A stretch of 64,000 nucleotides of DNA from Patescibacteria group bacterium (GTDB lineage: Bacteria; Patescibacteriota; WWE3; JAMCXX01), in assembly GCA_023474425.1 (NCBI GenBank), contig JAMCXX010000003.1, positions 21,712 to 85,711 on the forward strand, in the 5' to 3' direction. The notes under the pieces are model-generated. The model was not told where the DNA came from. It did no database searches and was given only the letters and a program-made list of their open reading frames with translations. Positions 36,059 to 49,126 of the stretch are shown one piece after another. The translations under genes were made by a program, and so were the position numbers. Each line of letters begins with the position of its first letter. The first letter of the stretch is position 1.

Positions 36059-38668
36059 TTACTTCTTCTTGCCATTGGTCTCTTTGGTCTCTTCGGTTGG
36101 TTCCTCCTCAATAATACTGGCCGCTGCCACGCCGTCGCCGTCCTCGAGTCTCATAACTCTAACGCCCTGGGTGGCCCGGCCAACCGAGGAAATATCGTTT
36201 ATTTTCATGCGGATTACCTGGCCTTGGATTGAGGTTAAAACCAGTTCCGCGAACCGGTCATCAATGATTTGCGCGCTCACAATGGGGCCGGTTTTTTTGG
36301 TTACTTTGGCCGTAATAATGCCCGAACCGCCCCGGTTTTGCAGGCGGTACTGGGAAATTTTGGTGCGCTTGCCGAAGCCGTTGCGGCAGACAACCAGAAG
36401 CTGCTCATTGTTTTTGGTTTTTTCTGCCAAAACATCCAGAGAAATAACGCGGTCTCCCCTACCCATCTTAATGCCGCGGACCCCGGCTGCGTTGCGTCCC
36501 ATTTCCCGGATTTGCGATTCTTTAAAGCGGATTGACTTGCCCGATTCGGTCACAAGCATAATTTGGTCGCGCCCGCCCGAGGGTTTAACCCAGGCCAGGC
36601 TGTCGTCCGCGTCCAGCTTAATAGCAATAATGCCCGTTTTGCGGATATTCTCGAACTGATCGAGGGCGGTTTTTTTGACCGTGCCGGCTCTTGTGGCCAT
36701 AAACAGGAATTTAATCCCACCATCGTTTTTGGTAAGTGGTACGAGAGCACTGACCGTTTCTTCGGGCATGAGGTCAATAACGTTAACCACCGCCGTGCCC
36801 TTGGCTTGGCGTCCGGCCTCGGGTATGTCCCAAACGCGCATTTTGTAAACCCTTCCTCTATTGGTAAAGAGAAGCAGTTCGTCGTGGGTAGAAACGGCGT
36901 GCATCTCGTGGATGGTGTCGCCTTCTTTAAGGCTGGCGCCAATCACGCCGCGCCCGCCTCGGCCCTGTGAGCGGTAGGTGTCCAAAGGCAGTCTTTTAAT
37001 GTAGCCCGAATCTGTGAGGGTTAGAAGGACCTCTTCTTCTTTGATCAGGTCTTCATCGGTCATCTCTCCGACCCCGCCCTTAAGCACCTTGGTTAATCTT
37101 TCGTCATGGTATTTCTCTTTGAGGTTTAAAAGTTCCTTCTGCACCTCGGCCAGGACCAGTTTCGGCTCGGCAAGGATAGCCTCAAGGCTTTTAATGGTTT
37201 TAATCGTTTCCCTAAGTTCGTCCTCCACCTTTTGTCGCTCTAGAGCGGCCAAGCGGCGCAGCTGCATGTCAAGTATTGCCTGGGCTTGGATTGGGGTCAG
37301 GTCAAACTTTTTAACCAGGTTTTCCTTGGCTTCGTCTCCGTCGCGGCTTTGGCGGATGGTCTTAATAATGGCATCCAAGTGGTCTAGGGCAATCTTTAAG
37401 CCCTCGAGTATGTGCTCACGTTCGCGGGATTTTTTGAGGAGGAATAAGGTGCGGCGGGTAACGATCTCAATTCTGAAGGAAACGAACTCCTCTAAAATAT
37501 TTTTGAGCGTTAGAAGCCGGGGCTCGCCGTTGATGAGAGCCACCATGTTGACATGGAAAACTTTTTGCATCTCCGTGTGTTTGTAGAGGTTGTTAAGGAT
37601 TTGCTGGGGCCGGGCGTCGCGTTTAAGCTCCACAACGACTCTTAAACCCTGCCGGTCGGACTCATCCCTTAAATCGGCAATGCCCTCAATCTTTTTATCC
37701 TTGGCCAGCTCGGCAATTTTGGCGACGAGCAGAGCTTTATTGACTTGGTAAGGCAATTCGGAAACGATGATGCTAAAGCGCTCTTGCTTGCCCCGCCCAG
37801 CGGGGTCTTCTTCAATCTTAGCCTTAGCCCGGGTAATAATACTGCCCCGGCCTGTGGCGTAGGCGTTTACAATTTCATTCCAGTCGTAAATAATGCCGCC
37901 GGTAGGAAAGTCCGGACCTTTAATGTATTGGGTAAGGTCTTCGATCGTTGCTTCGCTCTTAAAGTCTAGAGTGTGGTACTCCGGGCGCTTATAGCGGAAT
38001 GGGTAGTCCGGCGGCACCTCCAAAGTTTTTGTTTCCTTTATCTTGGTTTCGCTTTGCTTGATTAATTCGAGTGAGGCGTCAATTACCTCGCCCAAATTGT
38101 GCGTAGGAATATTGGTAGCCAGGCCCACGGCAATGCCCGAGGCGCCGTTTAAAAGAAGATTAGGCAAGGCGGAAGGCAGAATGGTCGGTTCCTTATCGGT
38201 ACCCGAATAGTTATCTACGAATTTGACCGTTTCTTTTTCAATGTCTTTGAGCAACTCGTCGGAGAGGCGCGATAGTCGGCATTCGGTGTACCTCATGGCG
38301 GCCGGCGAATCGCCATCAATGGAGCCGAAGTTCCCCTGCCCTTGAATGAGGGTGTAGCGCAGGGAAAACGTTTGGGCCATTCTCACTAGAGCTTCGTAAA
38401 GGGCGGCGTCGCCGTGGGGATGATATTTTTTTAGGACCTCGCCGACTACAGCGGCTGATTTTTGATAGCGGGAGTTGGCGTCAATTCCCTGCTCTTTCAT
38501 GGCGTAGATAATTCGGCGATGTACGGGCTTTAATCCGTCGCGTACATCGGGCAGGGCCCGGGCGACAATGACGCTCATGGCATAGTCCAAATACGCCTTT
38601 TCCATCTCGGAGGTTATGGGAGCCGGGACTATTCTTCCGCCTTTTTGTTGGTCAGATGTCTCGTTCAT
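36059..38668 (-). CDS. gyrA: DNA gyrase subunit A
   Basis: [28 protein letters not shown], GyrA-box QGRGGRG. Confidence 0.98.
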   Translation of the reverse strand: MNETSDQQKGGRIVPAPITSEMEKAYLDYAMSVIVARALPDVRDGLKPVHRRIIYAMKEQGIDANSRYQKSAAVVGEVLKKYHPHGDAALYEALVRMAQTFSLRYTLIQGQGNFGSIDGDSPAAMRYTECRLSRLSDELLKDIEKETVKFVDNYSGTDKEPTILPSALPNLLLNGASGIAVGLATNIPTHNLGEVIDASLELIKQSETKIKETKTLEVPPDYPFRYKRPEYHTLDFKSEATIEDLTQYIKGPDFPTGGIIYDWNEIVNAYATGRGSIITRAKAKIEEDPAGRGKQERFSIIVSELPYQVNKALLVAKIAELAKDKKIEGIADLRDESDRQGLRVVVELKRDARPQQILNNLYKHTEMQKVFHVNMVALINGEPRLLTLKNILEEFVSFRIEIVTRRTLFLLKKSREREHILEGLKIALDHLDAIIKTIRQSRDGDEAKENLVKKFDLTPIQAQAILDMQLRRLAALERQKVEDELRETIKTIKSLEAILAEPKLVLAEVQKELLNLKEKYHDERLTKVLKGGVGEMTDEDLIKEEEVLLTLTDSGYIKRLPLDTYRSQGRGGRGVIGASLKEGDTIHEMHAVSTHDELLLFTNRGRVYKMRVWDIPEAGRQAKGTAVVNVIDLMPEETVSALVPLTKNDGGIKFLFMATRAGTVKKTALDQFENIRKTGIIAIKLDADDSLAWVKPSGGRDQIMLVTESGKSIRFKESQIREMGRNAAGVRGIKMGRGDRVISLDVLAEKTKNNEQLLVVCRNGFGKRTKISQYRLQNRGGSGIITAKVTKKTGPIVSAQIIDDRFAELVLTSIQGQVIRMKINDISSVGRATQGVRVMRLEDGDGVAAASIIEEEPTEETKETNGKKK

Positions 38669-38763
38669 AGAAAAATTGTGAACAACAAGTCTCTAATGTT
38701 GTCGAATTATCAACCCGAATCGTATCTAGTCTTGCGATAACATTGGCTACCTATTAGTTTGTT

Positions 38764-40782
38764 CTAAATAATGAACCTAACAATCAGCAAGGCCACAATA
38801 TTGATAATTTTGATCATCGGATTAATGGCCGGTCCGGCCGTGTCTTTATACGGGTCCCCCACTGTGTCTCCGGTCACGGCAGCCTGGTGGGCTAGGCTCT
38901 TCTTGCCGCCAAAATTACCGTCCTCAATATATTTTTTGGCGTTGTCCCAAGCGGCTCCGCCGGTAGTCATGGAGATGGCCACAAAGACACCGGTAATAAT
39001 TGTGCCCAAAATCATGCCGCCGAGAGCTTGGGGGCCGAGTAAAAACCCCACCAGAATCGGGGAAATCACGGGAATGAGAGCAGGTATGACCATCTTTCTA
39101 AGCGCGGCTTGAGTTACAATGTCCACAGCCCGGCCGTATTGCGGTTTGGCCGTACCTTCCATAATACCGGTGATTTCATGAAACTGACGGCGAATTTCTG
39201 TGACAATGCTGGCCGCGGCCGCTCCCACCGCCTGCATGGTGATGGCGGAAAATAAGTAAGGCAGAGAGCCGCCGATGAACAATCCGACGAGAACCTTGGG
39301 GTTGGCCAGGTCAAAATTGACGGTCGCTCCTTTGGCCAAGAGTTCCTGCGTGAAGGCGGAAAAAATGACCAGGGCCGAAAGCACGGCTGAGCCAATAGCA
39401 TACCCCTTGGTCACGGCTTTGGTGGTGTTGCCTACGGCATCCAGGCTGTCAGTTACCCGGCGTACATCTTCTGACAGTCCGGCCATTTCGGCGATGCCCC
39501 CGGCATTATCGGTGATCGGACCAAAGGAATCTATGGCAATAATTATTCCCGTAAGTGAGAGCATACCGACGGCGGCAATGGCAACACCGTAGGTGCCAAA
39601 GAGACTGTAGCTTGCAAGCGCGGCAAGGGAAAGAACCATAACCGGCAAAAAGGTGGATTTCATAGAAACACTCAATCCGGCAATAATATTGGTGCCGTGG
39701 CCGGAAGTTGAGGCTTGGGCAATTTCTTTAACCGAACCATATTTTTTAGCCGTGTAGAAATCGGTAATAAAAACGAGGAGCATGGTGACCGCTAAGCCGA
39801 TGAGAGAACAAAGATAGATTTCATTGGTATTAGCCACGGCTACAAATTTGACCGTCGGATAAAAAAGAATGGCGGCAATCGCGACCGAGGCCAAAAGCCC
39901 TCGGTATAAAGCCTGCATAATGTCTTTGCGGCGGCCAAGCTTTACAAAAAAACTGCCCAATATTGAGGCCACAATGGCCGCCCCGCCCAGGGCTAGGGGC
40001 AGGGAAACGGCCGGCCAATGGTTGGGGAAAGTTAGCGAGCCCAAAATCATGGTGGAAACAAGAGTCACGGCGTAAGTTTCAAAGAGGTCGGCGGCCATGC
40101 CGGCGCAGTCACCCACATTGTCCCCTACATTATCGGCAATAACGCCAGGATTGCGCGGGTCATCTTCGGGGATGCCGGCCTCAATTTTGCCCACCATGTC
40201 CGTGCCCACATCGGCCGCTTTGGTGTAGATACCGCCGCCCAGCCGGGCAAAGACAGAAATCAGAGAACTACCAAAGGCTAAACCGGCCAGGGGCATAAGC
40301 CCGTATTTAGGACCAACGAAAAAGTAGAAAACGGAAACGGTCAGAAGGGCCAGCCCCACAACCAGAAATCCGGTTACCGAGCCGCCACGGAAGGCCAATT
40401 CCAGAGCCGGTCCAAGGCCTCTTTCGGAAATTTCTGCAACTCTGGCGTTGCTGCGTACGGAAACGTTCATACCCAAGAACCCGCAGACGGCTGAAGCCAG
40501 GCCTCCCAAAAGGAAGCCCAAACCGGTTGTTAGGCCCAAGAATTTGGTGAGGACCAGGAAAACAATTATTGCCGCCGCGGCTACCACGGTGTACTGGCGG
40601 CGCAAATAGGCGTCGGCGCCTTCTTTGATAGCGGTCTGAATTTCCTTAACCCTTTCGTTTAAGACGGGCGATCTTAAAACCCGGGAAATTTGCCAGAGGG
40701 CGTAAAGTATGGCCAAGAGCGCTAATACCATAGACGCCACAGTCAAACGCCGCTCGGAGAATAAAAAAAGACTCAGGTTCAT
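38764..40782 (-). CDS. hppA: Membrane H+-translocating pyrophosphatase (K+-independent type)
   Basis: [49 protein letters not shown]. Confidence 0.96.
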   Translation of the reverse strand: MNLSLFLFSERRLTVASMVLALLAILYALWQISRVLRSPVLNERVKEIQTAIKEGADAYLRRQYTVVAAAAIIVFLVLTKFLGLTTGLGFLLGGLASAVCGFLGMNVSVRSNARVAEISERGLGPALELAFRGGSVTGFLVVGLALLTVSVFYFFVGPKYGLMPLAGLAFGSSLISVFARLGGGIYTKAADVGTDMVGKIEAGIPEDDPRNPGVIADNVGDNVGDCAGMAADLFETYAVTLVSTMILGSLTFPNHWPAVSLPLALGGAAIVASILGSFFVKLGRRKDIMQALYRGLLASVAIAAILFYPTVKFVAVANTNEIYLCSLIGLAVTMLLVFITDFYTAKKYGSVKEIAQASTSGHGTNIIAGLSVSMKSTFLPVMVLSLAALASYSLFGTYGVAIAAVGMLSLTGIIIAIDSFGPITDNAGGIAEMAGLSEDVRRVTDSLDAVGNTTKAVTKGYAIGSAVLSALVIFSAFTQELLAKGATVNFDLANPKVLVGLFIGGSLPYLFSAITMQAVGAAAASIVTEIRRQFHEITGIMEGTAKPQYGRAVDIVTQAALRKMVIPALIPVISPILVGFLLGPQALGGMILGTIITGVFVAISMTTGGAAWDNAKKYIEDGNFGGKKSLAHQAAVTGDTVGDPYKDTAGPAINPMIKIINIVALLIVRFII

Positions 40783-40800
40783 AAGTTTATATTATCTTTT

Positions 40801-40829
40801 TACACAATACTTATTACACAATACTTAAT
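40801..40829. repeat. Heptamer array between gyrB and hppA
   Basis: TACACAA-TACTTAT-TACACAA-TACTTAA. Confidence 0.7.
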
Positions 40830-40834
40830 GTCAA

Positions 40835-42940
<2,106 letters not shown>

Positions 42941-42976
42941 TCAGGAAGTTACTTCCCTATTTTAGCGTCTGGGTTT

Positions 42977-43690
42977 TTATTTTTCAAGGATATTCTCGGG
43001 TACTCCCAGAAAAAAGATTTCTACAAGATTGCGGGGCGAGGCCGTAGTTTGGGCGCACGTACTTCGTACTTTTAAGAGTTTCCAGGCAGTCTCAAGTAGA
43101 TTTAAGTGCGACGATTCTTTAAGAAAAAAGTCTTTTGAGAAAAGTTTAAGCCAGGTGTCCAGTAAGACCAGCGCCGCTTCTCGGTCGCTAAACAGTTCTC
43201 TGTTTTCTTCGAGGTAGTCAAGGCGTTTGCGATACCCTTGGGAGAGAAGCTGACTCAAGTCATTGATAAGCTTTTTTTCTTGAGAAGTCAGCTCTTTGTA
43301 AAAACTTGACGCCAGACTGATTGGTGCGCACCGGGAGACAACTGTCGGCAATAGCAGGGATGGATCTTTGGCAGTAAGAATTATATAGGAGCGGCCGGGC
43401 GGTTCTTCCAGAGTTTTTAAGAGGGCGTTTTGGGCCTCGGGAGTCAGTCGTGAAGATTCAGGGATTAGAGCAACCTTCGCCTTGGAATTAAAGGGTTTCT
43501 GGTTAAGCTCTCTTTGAAGCTGCCGTATTTCTTCAATGCCGAAAGACGTCTTGTTTTCAATTTCAAGCTTGAAAAAATCCGGCTCCGACTCGATACTAGA
43601 ATTACGGTTTAAGATGTTCTGGGCAAGGTTTAAAGCCGCGTCGAGACGTGAATCTTGCGTGCCACCATATATAAGAAAACTGTGCATCAT
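42977..43690 (-). CDS. holB: DNA polymerase III delta-prime-like clamp-loader subunit (short)
   Basis: GIEEIR, LTPEAQNALLKTLEEPP, LLPTVVSRC. Confidence 0.85.
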   Translation of the reverse strand: MMHSFLIYGGTQDSRLDAALNLAQNILNRNSSIESEPDFFKLEIENKTSFGIEEIRQLQRELNQKPFNSKAKVALIPESSRLTPEAQNALLKTLEEPPGRSYIILTAKDPSLLLPTVVSRCAPISLASSFYKELTSQEKKLINDLSQLLSQGYRKRLDYLEENRELFSDREAALVLLDTWLKLFSKDFFLKESSHLNLLETAWKLLKVRSTCAQTTASPRNLVEIFFLGVPENILEK

Positions 43691-43781
43691 TATTAATATT
43701 AGTTATTCGCATCCATTTTAATCAAGCTTGATTGATTGACAGTTTAGGTCCGGTTTGCGAAACTATCATTATAATCTGTCC

Positions 43782-45509
43782 ATGAAAACCGAGAATCGAA
43801 AGAATGTAGAAGATATTTTAGCGGAGAAAGGGCTTTTAACCCCAGAGCAGGTTTCCGCTGTTAAGTTTGAGCGGGTGAATACCGGCAAGACCGGGGAAGC
43901 CATAATTCAAGAACGGGGTTATGTGGGCCCCGACGAACTGGCCAAAGCCCGCGCCGAGATTTTAAACATTCCTTTTGTTGAAGTTGGTTCCCGTTCTATT
44001 CCTACCCAGATTTTAGATCTTGTTCCCCAACCGGTGGCTCAAAAATACCGGCTCATTCCTTTTGCCAAGGATGGCGGAAAGCTTCAGGTGGCTATGGTTG
44101 ACCCGCTGGATTTACAGGTGATTGAGTTTATTGAAAAGCGGGCCGGGACATCGGTTGAGCCATATCTGGCCGTGCCCGAAGATATCGATAAAGCTATCGG
44201 AGAACAGTATGCTAAAAGCCTGGGCACCGACGTAACCGCCGCTTTGGAAGAGGCCGGAGTCACCAAAACAAAAATCGATGAGCAGTTAAAAAATATTGAG
44301 ACGGCTAACGAAACCTTGAGAGACGCGCCGGTTTCGCGAATTGTTTCTACTCTTCTGGAGTATGCCGTTAAAGCCCGGGCTTCAGACATTCACATTGAAC
44401 CGATGGGTGACCGTACCCGGGTGCGTTACCGGATTGACGGCGTTCTTCAGGAGAGACTAAGTATTCCCACCAAAGTCCACAACAGCATTGTTTCACGGAT
44501 TAAAATTCTATCCGATTTGAAAATCGACGAGCATCGGTTGCCACAGGACGGCAGGTTTAAAATAATCTTGACGGACAACGAAGTAGATCTTAGGGTTTCT
44601 ACACTCCCCACCGTCTTCGGCGAGAAAGTGGTTATTCGTCTACTTAAGGAAAAGGGCCGGGTTATGACTCTCCAGCAGTTGGGTTTGACCGGAATTTCTT
44701 TTAAAAGAGTAGAAAATAATCTAAGCAAGCCTTACGGGGTGATGCTTGTTACCGGCCCAACCGGTTCAGGAAAAACGGTAACTCTGGCTTCCTGTTTAAC
44801 ACAAATTTCCACAAACAAGGTTAACATTATCACTCTCGAAGACCCTGTAGAAATCCAAATTCCCGGTACAAATCAGGTCCAGATTAATCCTCAAGCCGGT
44901 TTAACTTTTGCTTCCGGTCTTCGTTCTATTTTGCGTCAGGACCCCAACATTATTATGGTTGGAGAAATTAGGGACCGGGAAACGGCCGAGCTTTCCATTC
45001 AAGCGGCTTTAACCGGACATCTAGTTTTTTCTACTCTGCACACCAACAACGCCGCCTCCGCCCTGCCTCGGCTTTTGGATATGGAGGTTGAGGCTTATTT
45101 GCTTATTTCCACAATAAACGCTGTTATTGCGCAGAGACTGGTGAGACTTGTTTGCAAATCATGCAAGGTTTCGGTGGAAATGCCCAAAGAAGTAAGTGAG
45201 AAGATGAAGCAGGTTTTGGGTCCCCTCTACGACCAGAAGGTTAAGGCGCTCGGGGGAAAGTTGAGTCTAGCCAAAGGCAAAGGCTGTGAACAGTGTGAAC
45301 ACACCGGCTATTCCGGTCGAACGGGAATTTTTGAAGTTTTGGAAATGAGCGAGAAGCTTGGGCAGTTGACGCTTAACCACCGTCCCAGTTCCGAGTTAGA
45401 CGCGCAGGCAATTGAGGAAGGCATGGTTACCCTCCTCCAGGATGGATTTATGAAAGTTCTTGACGGTCAAACGACTCTCGAGGAGGTTTTGCGTGTGGCC
45501 GAGGAATAA
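43782..45509 (+). CDS. pilB: Type IV pilus assembly ATPase (PilB/GspE)
   Basis: ASDIHIEP, RLPQDGR, GPTGSGKT, LRQDPNII, TGHLVFSTLHTN, CxxC..CxxC. Confidence 0.96.
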   Translation: MKTENRKNVEDILAEKGLLTPEQVSAVKFERVNTGKTGEAIIQERGYVGPDELAKARAEILNIPFVEVGSRSIPTQILDLVPQPVAQKYRLIPFAKDGGKLQVAMVDPLDLQVIEFIEKRAGTSVEPYLAVPEDIDKAIGEQYAKSLGTDVTAALEEAGVTKTKIDEQLKNIETANETLRDAPVSRIVSTLLEYAVKARASDIHIEPMGDRTRVRYRIDGVLQERLSIPTKVHNSIVSRIKILSDLKIDEHRLPQDGRFKIILTDNEVDLRVSTLPTVFGEKVVIRLLKEKGRVMTLQQLGLTGISFKRVENNLSKPYGVMLVTGPTGSGKTVTLASCLTQISTNKVNIITLEDPVEIQIPGTNQVQINPQAGLTFASGLRSILRQDPNIIMVGEIRDRETAELSIQAALTGHLVFSTLHTNNAASALPRLLDMEVEAYLLISTINAVIAQRLVRLVCKSCKVSVEMPKEVSEKMKQVLGPLYDQKVKALGGKLSLAKGKGCEQCEHTGYSGRTGIFEVLEMSEKLGQLTLNHRPSSELDAQAIEEGMVTLLQDGFMKVLDGQTTLEEVLRVAEE

Positions 45510-45512
45510 ACA

Positions 45513-46571
45513 ATGAAGGTTAACGAGCTTTTGCAAAAAGTAATCGATACCGGCGGTTCGGATTTGCATCTAACCGTGGGAGCGCCTCCGGCCATTCGGA
45601 TTGACGGTAAACTCTTTTTTCAAACCGATTTGGAACCTCTTAATTCAACCCACGTGGAAGATTTGGTGAAGGAGGTTCTTAACGACGAGCAGGTAGAGGC
45701 GCTTGAAAAAAACCGTGAGATTGACCTCTCCTTTGCTTTCTCCGACGAGGCTCGCTTTCGTACCAACGTCTTTCATCAGCGTGGTTACCTGGCCGCTGTT
45801 ATGAGGCTAATTCCTCTTTCCGTGCCAACGCTCGACGAACTTAACCTGCCCCGTTCCCTTTATTCATTTTGTTCTCTGCCGCAAGGGTTTGTACTGGTTA
45901 CCGGACCGGCCGGCCAGGGAAAGTCCACGACCATGGCCGCTCTTATTAATTATATTAACGAAACGCGTCAGGTTCATATTATTAGTATTGAAGACCCGAT
46001 TGAGTACGTTTTTCCCCATAAAAAGTCGATTGTTGATCAGCGGGAAATTAATTTGGATACCAAAAGTTGGGGGGTGGCCCTGCGCAGTGTTTTGCGGGAG
46101 GATCCCGATGTGGTCATGGTCGGAGAGATGCGGGACCCGGAAACGATGGCTGCGGCCGTAACCATTGCCGAAACAGGGCATTTGGTTTTTGCCTCCATTC
46201 ACACAAACAGCTCCTCGCAGTCGATTGATCGGATAATTGATGTTTTTCCCGAGTATCAGCAACAGCAGATTAGGGTCCAACTCGCCTCAATTCTCGAGGG
46301 TGTTATTTCTCAGAGGCTAATACCTGCCTTAAACGGCGGTCGGGTTCCGGCCGTGGAAATTATGTTGCCTACTCCGGCGGTGCGTTCGGTTATAAGAGAG
46401 GGAAAAACCCATCAACTCGATAATATTATTTCTACTTCCTTTGAAGTGGGTATGGTTTCTCTCGAACGTTCCTTGGCCGACTTAGTAAAGTCCGGCAAAG
46501 TAGAGGCGAACGTGGCCAAACAACACACGGTCCGCCCCGAAGATTTAATGAGGTATTTAAGAGGGATATGA
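45513..46571 (+). CDS. pilT: Type IV pilus retraction ATPase
   Basis: SDLHL, GPAGQGKST, EDPIEY, LREDPDV, AETGHLV, VIREGK. Confidence 0.95.
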   Translation: MKVNELLQKVIDTGGSDLHLTVGAPPAIRIDGKLFFQTDLEPLNSTHVEDLVKEVLNDEQVEALEKNREIDLSFAFSDEARFRTNVFHQRGYLAAVMRLIPLSVPTLDELNLPRSLYSFCSLPQGFVLVTGPAGQGKSTTMAALINYINETRQVHIISIEDPIEYVFPHKKSIVDQREINLDTKSWGVALRSVLREDPDVVMVGEMRDPETMAAAVTIAETGHLVFASIHTNSSSQSIDRIIDVFPEYQQQQIRVQLASILEGVISQRLIPALNGGRVPAVEIMLPTPAVRSVIREGKTHQLDNIISTSFEVGMVSLERSLADLVKSGKVEANVAKQHTVRPEDLMRYLRGI

Positions 46572-46613
46572 AAAAAATTCTAAATTCTCAACTCTCAATT
46601 TTTAATTGCGGTT

Positions 46614-47825
46614 ATGCCTACTTTTGATTACCGGGCGCGGGACAAAGAGGGTAAAGTAATTACCGGGACGGTTGAGGCCGGGAACGAAAACATTGCCGCC
46701 TCGGTTATTTCTCAGCGGGGCTGGATACCGACTTTAATTTTGCAGAAAGGCAGCCGGTCAGGATTTCTTGGACCGGTTAGATTATTTGGTAGCGGGATAT
46801 CAAGCACCAAGCGGACGGTTTTTACCCGTCAACTAGCAACAATGGTAAACGCGGGCTTACCTCTAACCCAGTCATTAGAGATTTTGTATAAACAATCAGC
46901 AGGAACGCGTTTGGGCGAGGTCGTGGAGCAGATTTTTCACGATGTGGAGGCCGGCAGCACCCTTAATCAGAGTATGGCCAAGTATCCGGAGGTTTTTAGC
47001 CGAGTTTACGTAAATTTAGTTAAAGCCGGCGAGGCTTCGGGAAGTTTAGATAAAGTTTTAAACCGGTTGGCGGAAAATGAAGAAAAGATGAACGAATTTA
47101 CCGGTAAAGTGAAAGGAGCCTTTGTTTATCCGGTAATTGTTCTTTTTGTAATGGCAGTAGTTTTTGTGGTGATGATGGTTTTTGTCGTCCCAAAGCTTGT
47201 GCTTATGTATCGTGATCTGGGTACCGCTTTGCCATTACCGACTAAAATCTTGATCTGGATTTCCGACCTCTTTACCAAACGATTTTATCTGCCGTTAGGT
47301 TTTGTTATTGCTGCGGTAATCGGTTATCGTTATTTCTCTCAGAGTGATTATGGCATTCGTGAAACTTCGAGACTCGCATTTAAGATCCCAATTTTTGGAA
47401 ATCTCAAAAAGCAGTCGGAACTCACCGAGTTCGCCAGAACGTTAAGTTTATTGGTTTCGGCCGGAATACCAATTCTAGATGCCTTGAGTATTGTTTCCGA
47501 AGCGATTAACGACCCTGTTTACCGTGAGGCTCTTAAGGAAGCGTCCGCGCAGGTTGAAAGGGGCGCCCCCCTTTCCAACTATCTTAAGGCTAACGATAAT
47601 TTTCCGCCGCTCCTTTCACAAATGATTGCCGTGGGCGAAGAAACCGGCAAGCTGGATGAGGTGCTTTTAAAAGTTTCATCTTTTTTTGAAAATGAAACGG
47701 AAAACGCACTTAAGGCGCTGACCGTTGCTCTGGAGCCAGCCATTATGATTGTTTTGGGAATTCTTGTGGCCCTCTTGGTTATATCAATTATTATGCCGAT
47801 CTATCAGTTAACTTCGGCTTTCTAG
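46614..47825 (+). CDS. pilC: Type IV pilus platform protein (PilC/GspF)
   Basis: FTRQLATMV.AG, GEASGSL, YP, GEETGKL, LEP. Confidence 0.95.
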   Translation: MPTFDYRARDKEGKVITGTVEAGNENIAASVISQRGWIPTLILQKGSRSGFLGPVRLFGSGISSTKRTVFTRQLATMVNAGLPLTQSLEILYKQSAGTRLGEVVEQIFHDVEAGSTLNQSMAKYPEVFSRVYVNLVKAGEASGSLDKVLNRLAENEEKMNEFTGKVKGAFVYPVIVLFVMAVVFVVMMVFVVPKLVLMYRDLGTALPLPTKILIWISDLFTKRFYLPLGFVIAAVIGYRYFSQSDYGIRETSRLAFKIPIFGNLKKQSELTEFARTLSLLVSAGIPILDALSIVSEAINDPVYREALKEASAQVERGAPLSNYLKANDNFPPLLSQMIAVGEETGKLDEVLLKVSSFFENETENALKALTVALEPAIMIVLGILVALLVISIIMPIYQLTSAF

Positions 47826-47867
47826 CCAATTTAAAAGAATTTTAACTGTGAGAGGGGGTGAGGAGAA

Positions 47868-48332
47868 GTGAAAAAAGGTTTTACGCTAATCGAACTTCTA
47901 GTGGTGATTGCCGTTATCGGTATTTTGGCAGCTGTGGTGGTTGTGGCTATTGACCCAGCTAAAAAGCTTGGCCAGTCACGCGACGCTTCACGCAAAACCG
48001 GAATTGGCCAAATTGTAACGGCCCTAGTAAGTTATTATACCCAGAAAACGTCATATCCGGCGGCGCTGTCTGATCTTCAGTCACAGGGAGAGCTTAAAAC
48101 AATTCCGGTTGGACCAACCGGCGCCTCCTTCAACTACGCGGTGACTCCGGCCGGTTGTACCACTGCCGGTAAAGATTGTACAGCGGCGGTTATTTACGAT
48201 TCCTACGAATACCCCAACAATCCTTGTACCACCGGCAATGCGTTCTGGGGCTGGACTTCAGGTACCGGTCAGGTTGGCAAGATCTGTTCTTCCTCAACGC
48301 CAACCCCCGCCGATACCCCGGTTACGGATTAA
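47868..48332 (+). CDS. Type IV pilin (probable major pilin)
   Basis: MKKG|FTLIELLVV; strong SD; strong downstream hairpin. Confidence 0.9.
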   Translation: MKKGFTLIELLVVIAVIGILAAVVVVAIDPAKKLGQSRDASRKTGIGQIVTALVSYYTQKTSYPAALSDLQSQGELKTIPVGPTGASFNYAVTPAGCTTAGKDCTAAVIYDSYEYPNNPCTTGNAFWGWTSGTGQVGKICSSSTPTPADTPVTD

Positions 48333-48361
48333 CCTATATTGGTTAGGCGTTATTTTAAGAT

Positions 48362-48398
48362 GGGAAGGTCGGGTGGGCTTTGGCCCACCCGCCTTCCC
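48362..48398 (+). terminator. GC-rich hairpin after the probable major pilin (no U-tract)
   Basis: GGGAAGGTCGGGTGGGC-TTTG-GCCCACCCGCCTTCCC. Confidence 0.6.
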
Positions 48399-48420
48399 GG
48401 TGTCGGGTCACTACTAATTT

Positions 48421-48954
48421 ATGAGAATCGATATTCTTGGAAATCGCCGCTTTGGTGTGGCCGGCGTTACCTTAATTGAGCTGATGATAACTATCGCCGG
48501 CATTGCCGTTTTGGCCTCAATCCTGGTGACGGTAATTAATCCGGTTTCTTATCAGCAAAAGGCTAGGGATTCGGTGCGGCTTCGGGACCTAAATACCTTG
48601 AAATCGGTGATTATTTTAGCTTTGCAAAACGGAGGAACATTTACCGGAAGATGTACGGCCGCAAGCCCTTGCAACAGTCTTGCGGGCGGATTAAATGTAG
48701 ACGGTTCGGGTTATGTGGATTTGCCTCTGCCCGGATACCTAACCCAACTGCCCGCCGACCCTCTTTCCTCACACAACACTTTTGTTGATGGTACGGGAGC
48801 CACTGTACCTTCAGCCTATCTTTTCGCCGAGAGCGGCTCGGACTTCGAAATTAAAGCTCACTTTGAATCATCATCGAATACCGACCGTTATTCCAGCGAC
48901 GGCGGGACGGATAACACTTCTTATGAGGTTGGTACGAAGTTGAATATCTTTTGA
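48421..48954 (+). CDS. Type IV pilin-like protein
   Basis: AG|VTLIEL, RD..R..DL, LPADP. Confidence 0.85.
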   Translation: MRIDILGNRRFGVAGVTLIELMITIAGIAVLASILVTVINPVSYQQKARDSVRLRDLNTLKSVIILALQNGGTFTGRCTAASPCNSLAGGLNVDGSGYVDLPLPGYLTQLPADPLSSHNTFVDGTGATVPSAYLFAESGSDFEIKAHFESSSNTDRYSSDGGTDNTSYEVGTKLNIF

Positions 48955-49011
48955 ACGGATTAAGGATTCAGTAGTAAAGAATTAAGTTATGTATTCTCTA
49001 TTTCAAATCCA

Positions 49012-49104
49012 GTCATTGCGAATATACGGCTGAAGCAATCTCCCGAGAATGCGGGGCTGACACGAGGTCAGAGATCGCCACGGGTCGTGACACCTCGCGA
49101 TGAC
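49012..49104. repeat. GTCAT..ATGAC composite palindrome
   Basis: GTCATTGCGA..GAAGCAATCTC...GAGATCGCCACG..CTCGCGATGAC. Confidence 0.65.
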
Positions 49105-49126
49105 AAGACACATTAGTCATGTTTTT

